This document shows positions 49,893 through 61,116 of a stretch of 64,000 bases of DNA, one piece after another. The notes beneath the pieces are model-generated. The model worked only from the letters and a program-made list of their open reading frames with translations, did not search any database and was not told where the DNA came from. Each line of letters starts with the position of its first letter. Position 1 is the first letter of the stretch. The DNA is from Mobula hypostoma (taxonomy: Eukaryota). The position numbers and the translations under genes are program-made. The DNA lies in the NCBI RefSeq assembly GCF_963921235.1, contig NC_086097.1:183522001-183586000 (forward strand), read 5' to 3'.

Positions 49893-50154
49893 AAACGCAA
49901 ACACGAGGAAATCTGCAGATGCTGGAATTTCAAGCAACACACATAAAAGTTGCTGGTGAATGCAGCAGGCCAGGCAGCATCTCTAGGAAGGTGTACAGTC
50001 GACGTTTCGGGCCAAGACCTTTCGAAGAGTCTCGGCCCGAAACGTCGGCTGTACCTCTTCTGAGAGATGCTGCCTGGCCTGCTGCGTTCACCAGCAACTT
50101 TGATGTGTGTTGCTTGAATTTCCAGCATCTGCAGAATTCCTGTTGTTTGTGTTT
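49893..50154. repeat. Spacer-less 262-bp palindrome of two Penelope termini
   Basis: 131-bp arms, axis in ttc|gaa at 50023/50024; about 15 mismatches by manual count. Confidence 0.92.
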
Positions 50155-50229
50155 CATTTGGAGGTGGCTTGCAATAAGCTTGCAACCATCGAGTTCTGGA
50201 TTCGCAGGGCACAGAAGCAGACCCTTGTG

Positions 50230-50550
50230 CTCACTGAATCAGTGCCAATTATCTAGCACTCACTCGCACTAATTCTACATTAATCCCATTTATTCTCTCT
50301 GCATCCAGTCGCCTTGCACCCCACACTCCCCCATGATTTTCCCACTCACCATACACTTGGGGCAATTTATAGTGACTTATCAACTAATCAACCCACTCTC
50401 TTTGGCACGTGGGATGAAATTAAAACACTGGGAGGAAACCCACACGATTAGAAGGAGAAACCCAAACAGACAGCATCTAAGATGAAAATTGAACCCAGGA
50501 TGCTGGAGCCATGAGGCAGGAGTTTTTCTGGTTGCATCACTGGGCACCCC
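50230..50550 (-). mobile_element. V-SINE-type tRNA-derived SINE, decayed
   Basis: Minus strand cctgggttcaatt (B-box-like), then gtgtgggtttcctcc...tcccac core. Confidence 0.6.
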
Positions 50551-51300
50551 TACCCACCCCATACCACATATTCTACTGTTCATTGGCAAAACCAAGCAAC
50601 TCACAATGTTTGGCTTCTTTTAAAAGCTTTGTGGAATAACTCTACTTTCATCTGCTCTGCTTTAGCTGAAGTTGTTACGTACTATAAAATGTCCTTTACA
50701 CTGTGTCCATTATTTCGATTGGTTTCTAAATCAAATGGCATGGTTGTCTTTATTCAAACTGTTATGCACTAACTCAGTTTGTTGTCTCTCAGTGCATGGT
50801 CCATGTGTTACCTCAATTTGGATTGATGATGCCTGGCATCTGGCTTGTCAATTCAGGTATGCATCCAAATTTGTAGCATGAACCAGCATTTCTGACACCC
50901 TATCTTAGTATTTTGCTCAATCTCTCTTTGAGATACTGGAGAGTAGCCACTAATTTAATGAAGTACCTTGTTAACAATAGTCTGCATAAAGAGCCAAGAC
51001 ATCATTTTTATCTGGTGGAGAAACGTGCAACCTAGTGCATTGTTTTCAGTTTTCAAGTTCAAATTTATTGACATCTGACCATACATATACAGTATACAAC
51101 CAAATGAAATAATGTTCCTCTAGATCACCGTGCTCCCACGTTACATACATCACACACAGCACACAAAACAAAATATTACCGCAAATAAATTAATAAAATA
51201 CAGTTCAAAAGAGATGTGTGAGTGCACAGCTCAGGTAAACAGTACAGGAGCAGTGAACAGATCGATGTCCTACTGACAAAACCTTGATAGTGGTAGGGTA

Positions 51301-53517
51301 TTCTTCAATTATGTGAAGAACAAAAGGATGAAGGTAGGACCGATTAGAGATAAAGGTGGGAAGATGCACGTGGAGGCTGTGGAAGGGAGCGAGGTCCTCA
51401 ATGGATACTTCTCTTCGGTATTCACCAGTGAGAGGGAACTTGATGATGGTGAAGACAATATGAGTGAGGTTGATGTTCTGGAGCATGTCGATATTAAGGG
51501 AGAGGAGGTGTTGGAGTTGTTAAAATACATTAGGACGGATAAGTCCCCGGGGCCTGACGGAATATTCCCCAGGCTGCTCCACGATGCGAGGGAGGAGATT
51601 GCTGAGCCTCTGGCTGGGATCTTTATGTCCTTTTTGTCCACAGGAATGGTACCGGAGGATTGGAGGGAGGCGAATGTTGTCCCCTCGTTCAAAAAAGGTA
51701 GTAAGGATAGTCTGGGTAATTATAGACTAGTGAGCCTTACGTCTGTGGTGGGAAAGGTGTTGGAAAAGATTCTTAGAGATAGGATCTATGGGCATTTATA
51801 CTTTATACTTGATTGTCGCCAAACAATTGATGCTAGAACGTACAATCATCACAGTGATATTTGATTCTGTGCTTCCCGCTCCCTGGATTACAAATATTAA
51901 ATATTAAAAATAGTAAAAATAGTAAAATTAGTAAATACTAAAAATTTAAATTATAAATCATAAATCATAAATAGAAAATAGAAAAATGGAAAGTAAGGTG
52001 GTGCAAAAAAACCGAGAGGCAGGTCTGGATATTTGGAGGGTACGGCCCAGATCCAGGTCAGGATCCGTTCAGCAGTCTTATCACAGTTGGAAAGAAGCTG
52101 TTTCCAAATCTGGCTGTACGAGTCTTCAAGCTCCTGAGCCTTCTCCCGGAGGGAAGAGGGACGAAAAGTGTGTTGGCTGAGTGGGTCGTGTCCTTGGTTA
52201 TCCTGGCAGCACTGCTCCAACAGCGTGCGGTGTAAGGTGAATTTAGAGAATCATGGTCTGATCAGGGACAGTCAGCATGGCTTTGTGAAGGGCCGATCGT
52301 GTCTAACAAGCCTGATAGAGTTATTTGAGGAGGTGACCAGGCATATAGATGAGGGTAGTACAGTGGATGTGATCCATATGGATTTTAGTAAGGCATTTGA
52401 CAAGATTCCACATGGTAGGTTTATTCAGAAAGTCAGAAGGCATGGGATCCAGGGAAGTTTGGACAGGTGGATTCAGAATTGGCTTGCCTGCAGAAGGCAG
52501 AGGGTGGTGGTGGAGGGTGTACATTCAGATTGGAGGGTTGTGACTAGTGGTGTCCCACAAGGATCTGTTCTGGGACCTCTACTTTTCGTGATTTTTATTA
52601 ACGACCTAGATGTTGGGGTAGAACAGTGGTTTGGCAAGTCTGCAGTCAACACAAAGGTTGGTGGTGTTGTAGATAGTGTAGAGGATTGTCAAAGATTGCA
52701 GAGAGACATTTGATAGGATGCAGAAGTGGGCTGAGAAGTGGCAGATGGCGTTCAACCCAGAGAAGTGTGAAGTGGTACACTTTGGAAGGACAAACTCCAA
52801 GGCAGAATACAAAGTAAATGGCAGGATACTTGGTAGTGTGGAGGAGCAGAGGGATCGGGGGGTACATGTCCACAGATCCCTGAAAGTTGCCTCACAGGTA
52901 TTTAGGGTAGTTAAGAAAGCTTATGGTGTGTTAGCTTTCATAAGTCGAGGGATAGAGTTTTAGAGTTGCGAGGTAATGATGCAGCTCTATAAAACACTGG
53001 TTAGGCCACACTTGGTGTACTGTGTCCAGTTCTAGTCGCCTCACTATAGGAAGGATGTGGAAGCATTGGAAAGGGTACAGAGGAGATTTACCAGAATGCT
53101 GCCTGGTTTAGAGAGTATGGATTATGATCGGAGATTAAGGGAGCTAGGGCTTTACTCTTTGGAGAGAAGGAGGATGAGAGGAGACATGATAGAGGTATAC
53201 AAGATATTGAGAGGAATAGATAGAGTGGATAGCCAGTGCCTCTTCCCCAGGGCACCACTGCTCAATATGGCTTTAAGGTAAGGAGTGGGAAGTTCAAGGG
53301 GGATATTAGAGGAAGGGTTTTTACTCAGAGAGTGGTTGGTGCGTGGAATGCACTGCCTGAGTCAGTGGTGGAGGCAGATACATTAGTGAAATTTAAGAGA
53401 CTACTGGACAGGTATATGAAGGAATTTAAGGTGGGGGGTTATATGGGAGGCAGGGTTTGAGGGTCGGCAGAACATTGTGGGACGAAGGGCCTGTAGTGTG
53501 CTGTACTATTCTATGTT
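51301..53517 (+). mobile_element. Young CR1, 5'-truncated ORF2 (RT) + 3' end, split by a Rex1 insertion
   Basis: Long ORFs 51313-51864 (KSPGPDGIFPRLL, NYRLVSLTSVVGK) and 52168-52713 ([36 protein letters not shown]); (ttctatg) tail. Confidence 0.95.
51799..52240 (-). mobile_element. Young Rex1-type 3' end (same family as 5499-6082)
   Basis: Reverse complement of ~5648-6083; 5-bp TSD attta at 51794-51798 and 52241-52245 restores the CR1 frame RIYGHLENHGL. Confidence 0.92.
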
Positions 53518-54289
53518 CTCTTTAGCTCACTGCCTGAGGGAAGAAGCATTTACCTAGTCTAGTAGTCCTAGTCCTGATGCTCCTGTACCTCCTTCCTGAT
53601 GGCAGTGGGTCAAAGGCATTGTGGAATGGGTGGTACGGATTCTCAACAATGCTTTGAGCCCTTCACACACCACGCTCCTGGTAATTTTACAAATGGGGGG
53701 AGGATGACCCTAATGTTTGTCTGGGTAGTTTTTACTGTCCTCTGTAAGATCTTGTGGTCTGAGGCCTGGCAGCTTCCATTCCACACAATGATGCAGCCAG
53801 ACGGGAGACTCTCGATAGTGCTCCTGTAGAAACTTGTTAGAATGGGGGCAGGGAGCCTTGCACGGCTCAATCTCCTCAAAGTGTGGACGCTGCTGTGCCT
53901 TCTTGAGGAGATGTTGTGGGTCCAGGTTAGATTGTCCATTATGTGCTCAGCAAGGAACTGTGCTCTTCACTCTCTCCACAGCAGAGCCATTGATGTGCAA
54001 TGGAAAGTTGTCCCAAAATATCAACCTATCTGCTCCTCTTCCCCAACAGCTGCTATCCAAACTGCTGCTCTATTCCACCGGATTGTGTGTTGCTCCAGAT
54101 TCCAGCATCTTGTGTCTCCATTTCATCTGTGTGTCCTCCCACAACAGAGCTCTGAGAGCTGGTGGACTGAACATATCAGAGCAGACAGGGAACAGTAGTT
54201 TACAAAGTGTTTCACAATCATTATTTCAGATTCCACGTGTTGCAGATCCAATATATATTCTAGACTTTATATTATAAATTACCCATAGA

Positions 54290-55830
54290 AATGAGAACAG
54301 GAGAGCACAGAAACAGGAACACGCCCTTTGGCCCACAGTGTTATGCCAAACTCATTAAAAATGTAACCAAATGCTGAAGTAAACTAATCTCTTCTGCCTA
54401 CATCATGTCCATAACTATCCATTTCCTACACATTCATGTGCCTAGGAGCCTCTTAAATGCCTCTATCATATTTGCCTTCACCAGCTACCTTGGCAATGAA
54501 TTCCAGGCACCCACCGCTCTCTGTGTGAAAAAAAAACTTGCCGCACACATTTCCTTCGAACTTCACCCTCTCCAAACCCTCAACACCCTTCCTACAATGA
54601 AGTGACCAGACTGAATGCAGTACTCCAGATTTATAAAGTTACAACAAAACTTACAGACTCTTGAACTCATTTCCTCAACACATAAAGATAAGCATGCTGT
54701 GTGCCTTCTTTACCTCCCTGTTAATGTGTGTAGCACTTTCATAGAGTTAGGGACTTGGTTCCTCAACCTGTTTGCACATTAACAGTTTAAATGTCTTGTC
54801 ATTACCAGTGTTTTGAGCCTTTACATTTGATCTACCAAAGTGCTGCCCTTCACATGTGGCCAGGTTAAATTCCATCTGCCATCTCTCTGTCCATATGTGC
54901 AACAGATCTATGTCTTGTGATATTCTTTGACAGATTTCTAAATATTCTACCAATCTTTGTATTGCCTGTAAACTTACTAAACTGCAAATCTATGTTGCAC
55001 AAAGATCTTTTATATATTTCATAAACAGCAGAATTTACGGATCCCCGTGGACCAGCACTAGTCACAGATCCACAGCCAGTTTACTGACTACCCTCTGTCT
55101 CCTATACGCAAGCCAATTTTAAATCCAAATAACAAATTCATTGTAGGTCCAGTGCATCTTAATCTTCAGGATGATCCTCCCATGAGGGATCTTGTCAAAT
55201 GACTTACTAAAATTCATGTGGACAACATCCACAGTTCTACTTCACTAATCACCTCTGTAATTTTGAAAAACTCAACCAAGTTAGTAAGATACGACTTGCC
55301 TCATACAAAGTCATACTGATTGTCCCTAATTAGGCTAATTCCTCATAAATACTTTCCCTAAGAATCCTATCCAATAACTTTCCTCACTGACTTGAGACTC
55401 ACCGGTCTATGATTTGAGACTAGAACTAGGAGACATTGCCTCAAGATTCAGGGGAGAAGATTTAGGGCAGAGATGAGGAGAAACTATTTTTCCCAGAGAG
55501 TGGTGAACCTGTGGAATTCTCTGCCCAGGGAAACAATTGAGGCTTCTTCACTAAACATATTTAAGATACAGTTAGATAGATTTTTACAGAGTAGGGGAAT
55601 TAAAGGTTATGGGGAAAAGGCAGGTGGATGGAGCTGGGTTTACGGACAGATCAGCCATGATCTTATTGAATGGCGGGGCAGGCTCGATGGGCCGGATGGC
55701 CTACTCCTGCTCCTATTTCCTAAGTTCTTATGTTCCAGGATTATCCCTATTATCCTTCTTGAAAAATGAACAACATTAGCTAATCCTTTGGGACCTCACC
55801 TGTGGCTAAAGAGGACAAAGATCTGGATAA
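54290..55830 (-). mobile_element. Old CR1 fragment hosting a younger CR1 3' end
   Basis: WTERWQMEFN (ORF 54747-54953); antisense VDVVHMNFSK at ~55207-55232. Confidence 0.8.
55413..55733 (+). mobile_element. Young CR1 3' end
   Basis: RRNYFSQRVVNLWNSLP (ORF 55473-55769); (ttcttatg)-type tail. Confidence 0.88.
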
Positions 55831-57288
55831 GACCTGTTATGAATGACTAAAGTGGAGTCACATGGAAGGTGTAACAGGGAAATATAGAAATGTTTATTCA
55901 CACAGTGAACCTCCAGGAGAGAGAGAGGGTCCAGACAATTCCAGAGTCTCACTCTCCTGACATGATGTTTTGTATTTGTTCAACACCAAAATAACAACAA
56001 TTAATGCAGTTTCAATTACTATAATCTCCTACTTAACTTTAACATTTGGAATATAGTTTGGTAAATAAATAGTGAAGGTCAGGCACCTTTAAGCGGATGA
56101 AGATACTTTGCCATGGCTGGGAAGAGGGGAGAACTCCAAGCCAGACTGAAATGCCAAGAGATGAAAGTTCCTCTACTCAGCATCTTGTTTGCAAATGTAC
56201 GGTCACTGGAGAACAAGATTGAAGACCTAAGGACCAGATTACTGTATTGGAGGGAAATGAGGAATTGCTGCACTCTGCATTTAAAGAGACGTGGCTGACT
56301 CTGGACATCCTGGATACGTCAGTATGACCCAAAGGTTTCTCGATACACAGGTTGGGCTGGACTGCTGATTTGGAGATGGCAAAAGGCAGGGGTCAGTATT
56401 TAATGATAACTCTTTGTGGTGCTTGGACGTAGTGGTTTTGTTGCACTCTTGTTCCTCTGATCTGGGTTATTTAATAATTACATGCTGGCCATTCTCCTCC
56501 ATGAACCTGACCACAGTTTATATACCCCCAGTAGCTGACGTTAATCAGGCACTTGTGATATTAAATCACCAAAAAAAAAGCCCAACCTGACACATTTAAA
56601 ATCACATTTGGAGACTTCAATCAAGCTTGTTTAAAGAAATCTCTGCCCAGTTATCCTGCAGGACCACTGCCTTACTCTGATTAGGAATGCCTACGTTTCC
56701 ATCCCTAAACTGCATTCCGAGAAATCTGATCACTTTGCCATCCTTCTCTGACCTGCCTTCTAGCAGAGGCTAAAGTGCAAGACTCCAGGCATAAGGAGAA
56801 TAAAGAGTTGGTCTTGGGAGGCAGAGGTATGGCTACAAGATTTCTCTCAGTCCGCGGATTCAGCCTTACTCAAGGACATATCGGAGGACCTGAGTGAATA
56901 TTCCACGGTTGTCACGAACTTTATTAAAATAGTCAAGTGCCTCCCCACAAATTCATTCAGAGTCTTCCTCAACCAGAAGTCCTGGGTGAACCATGAGATC
57001 TGCAATTTGCTGAGGGCCAGGTCAGTGGCACTGAGGTCTGGTAACCAAGTAAGATACAAGAGGTCCAGGTACGATCTCTCCAGGTACGAAAGCCAACTCA
57101 TGTGCATATTGGCAGTTCTGGAGCAAACTCGAATCACTGAAGGATGCTTGACAACTGTGACAGGGCTTGAATGCTATAACCTCTTACAAAGAGAAACCAA
57201 GCGAAATAGGTGACAACAAGGTTTTGTTCCCAGATGAGCTCAATGCCTTATATGTTTGCTTCCACCATCAAAACTTGGAGGAACTGTC

Positions 57289-59313
57289 TTTCTTTCTTTT
57301 TAAATCTTTTTATTGAGTAAGTATACAAAAAAAGGTAAGCCATATAAACATTAATACAATGTTAAAGTATAATAAAATTCCAAAAGATATCAATACCAAA
57401 AAGAAAATACTACAAACAAAGTAATTTAAACATAAGAAACCAAGATAACATAATAGTATACTAAATTTTATATGTATCAATGGAAAAAAAAGAAAAAAAA
57501 AAACCCCAAAAAAACCCACTGTGCAGCTAACTAAAAGCAAGGCAAAGCAATGGGCTAACTTGAAACCAAACAGAGTTAAACTTAAAATCACGTCCTCAAT
57601 CCCGACCTCCATTAAAAACAGTGAAAAAAAAAACAAGAAGGGTAAATATTACATTAAATGAAAATATCGAATAAAAGGTCCCCAAATCTGTTCAAATTTA
57701 AATGAAGAATCATAAAGGTTACTTCTAATTTTCTCCAAATTCAAACATAAAATCGTCTGAGAAAACCAAAAAAAGGTAGTTGGAGCATTAAGCTCTTTCC
57801 AATGTTGTAAAATACATCTTTTCGCCATTAAAGTAAGAAATGCAATCATTCTACGGGCTGAAGGGGAAAGATTACTAGAAATTTTAGGTAGTCCAAAGAT
57901 AGCAGTAATAGGGTGAGGAGAGATATCTATATTTAATACCTTAGAAATAATATTGAAAATATCTCTCCAAAAAGTTTCCAAAGTAGGGCAAGACCAAAAC
58001 ATATGAGTTAAAGAGGCTATCTGCCCCGAACATCTATCACAGAAAGGATTAATATGTGAGTAAAAACGCGCTAACTTATCTTTGGACATATGTGCTCTAT
58101 GAACCACTTTAAATTGAATTAGGGAATGTTTAGCACAAATAGAGGAAGTATTAACTAATTGTAAAATCTGCCCCCAATCATCCACAGAAATGGTAAGCCC
58201 CAATTCCTGTTCCCAATCTACCCTAATCTTATCAAATGGAGCTTTCCTAAGTTTCATAATAATATTATAAATCATAGCCGATGCACCTTTCTGACATGGA
58301 TTAAGGTTAATTATCGAATCTAAAATATATGTAGGAGGAAGCATTGGAAAGGAAGAAAGTATAGTACTTAGGAAATTTCTAACTTGTAAATATCTAAAAA
58401 AATGTATTCTTGATAAGTTATATTTATTAGATAATTGTTCAAAAGACATAAGGGAACCATCTAAAAATAAATCCAAAAACCGTAAAATACCCTTAGTCTT
58501 CCAAGTTTGAAAAGCGCGATCCGTAAAAGAGGGAGGAAAAAATATGTTACCTAAAATAGGAATCGCTAACCCGAATTGATTAAGATCAAAAAATTTTCTG
58601 AATTGAAACCAAATGCGCAAAGCATATTTAACTATCGGGTTAGAGACCTGCTTAAGACGTTTCGAATCAAAAGGGAGAGAGGAGCCTAAAATAGAACCAA
58701 GTGTATAACCCTGAACAGATTGTAATTCCAATGCTACCCATTTAGGAATAGATAGTATGTCCTGGTCAAGTAACCAAAATTTCATATGTCGAATATTAAT
58801 AGCCCAATAATAGAATCTAAAGTTAGGTAATGCTAAACCTCCATCTCTCTTAGCTTTCTGTAAATGTATTTTACCCAGTCTCGGATTCTTATTCTGCCAA
58901 ATAAATGAAGAAATTTTAGAGTCAACTTTATCAAAAAAAGATTTTGGAACGAAAATTGGTAATGCCTGAAACACATATAAAAATTTTGGCAAAAAAAACA
59001 TCTTAACCGCATTAATACGACCAATCAAAGTTAAATATAAAGGAAACCATTTAGATGAAAGTTGAGTAATATGGTCTATTAATGGTAAAAAGTTAGTCTT
59101 AAATAAATCTTTGTATTTACAAGTAATTTTAATCCCAAGATATGAAAAGTAATTATTAATCAATTTAAATGGAAATTTATAATATAAGGGAAGATGTTTA
59201 TTAATCGGAAAAAGTTCACTCTTACTAAGATTTAATTTATAACCTGAGAAAAGACCAAATTGTGCTAATAACTCTAAAACAGCAGGAATGGATCTCTCAG
59301 GATTAGAAATATA
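57289..59313 (-). mobile_element. Young 5'-truncated L1-clade LINE
   Basis: 13-bp TSD tggaggaactgtc at 57276-57288 and 59314-59326; AATAAA plus A-rich tail at the 3' end; uninterrupted ORF2 C-terminal half. Confidence 0.95.
57649..59313 (-). CDS. L1 ORF2 C-terminal part (end of RT, thumb region, C-terminal Cys/His motif); no native start
   Basis: SGYKLNLSKS, FSYLGIKI, LIGRINAVKM..LPKFLY, GGLALPN..YYWA, CDRC...HMFWSC; about 550 codons without a stop. The listed MTVPP start lies in the TSD/host. Confidence 0.9.
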   Translation of the reverse strand, partial: YISNPERSIPAVLELLAQFGLFSGYKLNLSKSELFPINKHLPLYYKFPFKLINNYFSYLGIKITCKYKDLFKTNFLPLIDHITQLSSKWFPLYLTLIGRINAVKMFFLPKFLYVFQALPIFVPKSFFDKVDSKISSFIWQNKNPRLGKIHLQKAKRDGGLALPNFRFYYWAINIRHMKFWLLDQDILSIPKWVALELQSVQGYTLGSILGSSLPFDSKRLKQVSNPIVKYALRIWFQFRKFFDLNQFGLAIPILGNIFFPPSFTDRAFQTWKTKGILRFLDLFLDGSLMSFEQLSNKYNLSRIHFFRYLQVRNFLSTILSSFPMLPPTYILDSIINLNPCQKGASAMIYNIIMKLRKAPFDKIRVDWEQELGLTISVDDWGQILQLVNTSSICAKHSLIQFKVVHRAHMSKDKLARFYSHINPFCDRCSGQIASLTHMFWSCPTLETFWRDIFNIISKVLNIDISPHPITAIFGLPKISSNLSPSARRMIAFLTLMAKRCILQHWKELNAPTTFFWFSQTILCLNLEKIRSNLYDSSFKFEQIWGPFIRYFHLM

Positions 59314-61116
59314 TGGAGGAACTGTCAAGAACTCCCACGGTCCCTGACGACCCTGTAATTTCTGTCTTTGAGGCTAACATGAGACAATGAACCCACAGAA
59401 GGCATCCAGCCCAGATGTGCAGTAAAGACCTGTGCTGGAGTGTTCTCCGATATCTTAAACCTCTCACTTTGGTAGTCTGAGGTACTCTCCTGCTCCAAGC
59501 AGGATCCAGTTATACCAGTGTCTAAGAAGAAGATGATAACCTATCTTAATGACTATAATCCAGTAGCACTTACATCCACTATGATGAAGTGCTTTGAGAG
59601 TCTGGTGATGAAACATATCAATTCCTGCCGTGTAATGAATTGGATCCACTCGAAACTGCCTGCCGGAGGAACACGTCTACAGTGGATGCCATCTCACTGG
59701 CTCTTCACTCAATCCTGAAACACCTGGACAGCAAAGGTATTAACTACAGCTCAATGTTCAATATTATCACCCCCTCAAAACTAATCAATAAGTTTCAAGA
59801 CTTTGGCCTCAATAACTCCTTGTGCAATTGGATCCTTGATTTCCTCACTTGCAGCCCCCATTCAGTTAGGATTGGCAACATCTCCTCCACAATCTCCATC
59901 AGTACAGGTACACCACAAGGCTGTGTGCTTAGTCCCTTGCTCTATTCGCTTTACATTTATGACTGCGTAGCTAAGCACAGCTCCAATACTACATCCAAGT
60001 TTGCTGTTGCTGGCCAAATCAAAGGTGTTGATGATTCAGCATACAGGAGGGAGATTGGAAATCTGGCTGAGTGGTGCCACAACAACCTCTGACTCAGTAT
60101 CAGCAAAACCATGGAGGTGATTATCGAATTCAGGAGGAAGGATCCGGAGCTCCGCGAGGCAGTCCTCATTATGGTATCAGAGGTGGAGAGTGTCAGCAGT
60201 TTTATACTCTGCTTCAAGGGATCTGTCCAGGTGTCATTATGAAGAAAGCACAGCAGCACCTCTACTTCCTTAGAGATTTGCAAAGATTTGGCATGACATC
60301 TAAAACTTTGACAGACTTCTATAGAAGTGGTGGAGAGTATATTGACTAGTTGCATTATGGCCTAGTACGGAAACACCAATGTCCTTGAATGGAAAAGCCT
60401 ACAAAAAGTAATGTATATGGCCCAGTCCATCGTGGGTAAAACCCTCCACTGAGCACAAGACACGGAAAGCAACATCTATCGGTATGGAGCCTCACCATCC
60501 AGGTCATATTCCCTTTTCACTGCTGCCATCAGGAAGAAGGTACAAGAGCCTCAGGCCTCACACCATCAGATTCAGGAACAGTTAGTACCCCTCAACCATC
60601 AGGATTTTGAACCAGAGCGGATAACTTCACTCACCCCATCACTGAACTGTTCCTATAATCTATAGACTCACTTTTAAGGACTCTTCATCTCATGTTCTCA
60701 ATACTTATTGCTTACTTATTTAATATTATTATTTCTTTTGTTTTGTATTTGCAGATTATTGTCTATTGCACATTAGTTATCTGTCCATCTCGTTGTGTGC
60801 AGTCATTCATTGATTCTGTTGTCTTTCTTGGATTTACTGAGTATGTCTGCAAAAGAATCTCTGGGTCAGATATGGTGACATATGCACTTTGAAAATAAAT
60901 TTACTTTGAGCTTTGAAATTTACAGAACTATACTATATATTTACAATGGCATCACATCCCAACTGAAGGAATCTTTTTGGATATTCAATACTGGTGTGTG
61001 TGATACCGTGAATATACAACTAACCAGAAGGTTAATGACAAACAGATCTTTCTTGAACTGTGCATTAAGTGGCAGGGATATGCCATTAACAATGTGCTAA
61101 TAGCATGGACATTTAT

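Larger units (their letters stand above)
51045..54010 (-). mobile_element. Rex1/Babar-type 3' part, split by a CR1 at ~51301-53517
   Basis: ORF 53643-53939 LRRLSRARLPAPILTSFYRSTIESLPSGCIIVW; 3' UTR/tail at 51045-51300. Confidence 0.8.
56070..60915 (+). mobile_element. Near full-length Rex1/Babar LINE (APE + RT), decayed, split by an L1
   Basis: APE start SILFANVRSLENKIEDLR (56113-56298), GDFNQ, SDH, PDELN; after the L1: [34 protein letters not shown]; tail actttgagctttga. Confidence 0.92.

Noticed and set aside
55835..56045. Possible solo LTR fragment (tgtta... with minus-strand AATAAA)
   Set aside because: No TSD, second copy or internal domain to support it.
57649..59328. 559-aa ORF as a host gene
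   Set aside because: It is L1 ORF2 between TSDs; its apparent start comes from the host/TSD sequence.
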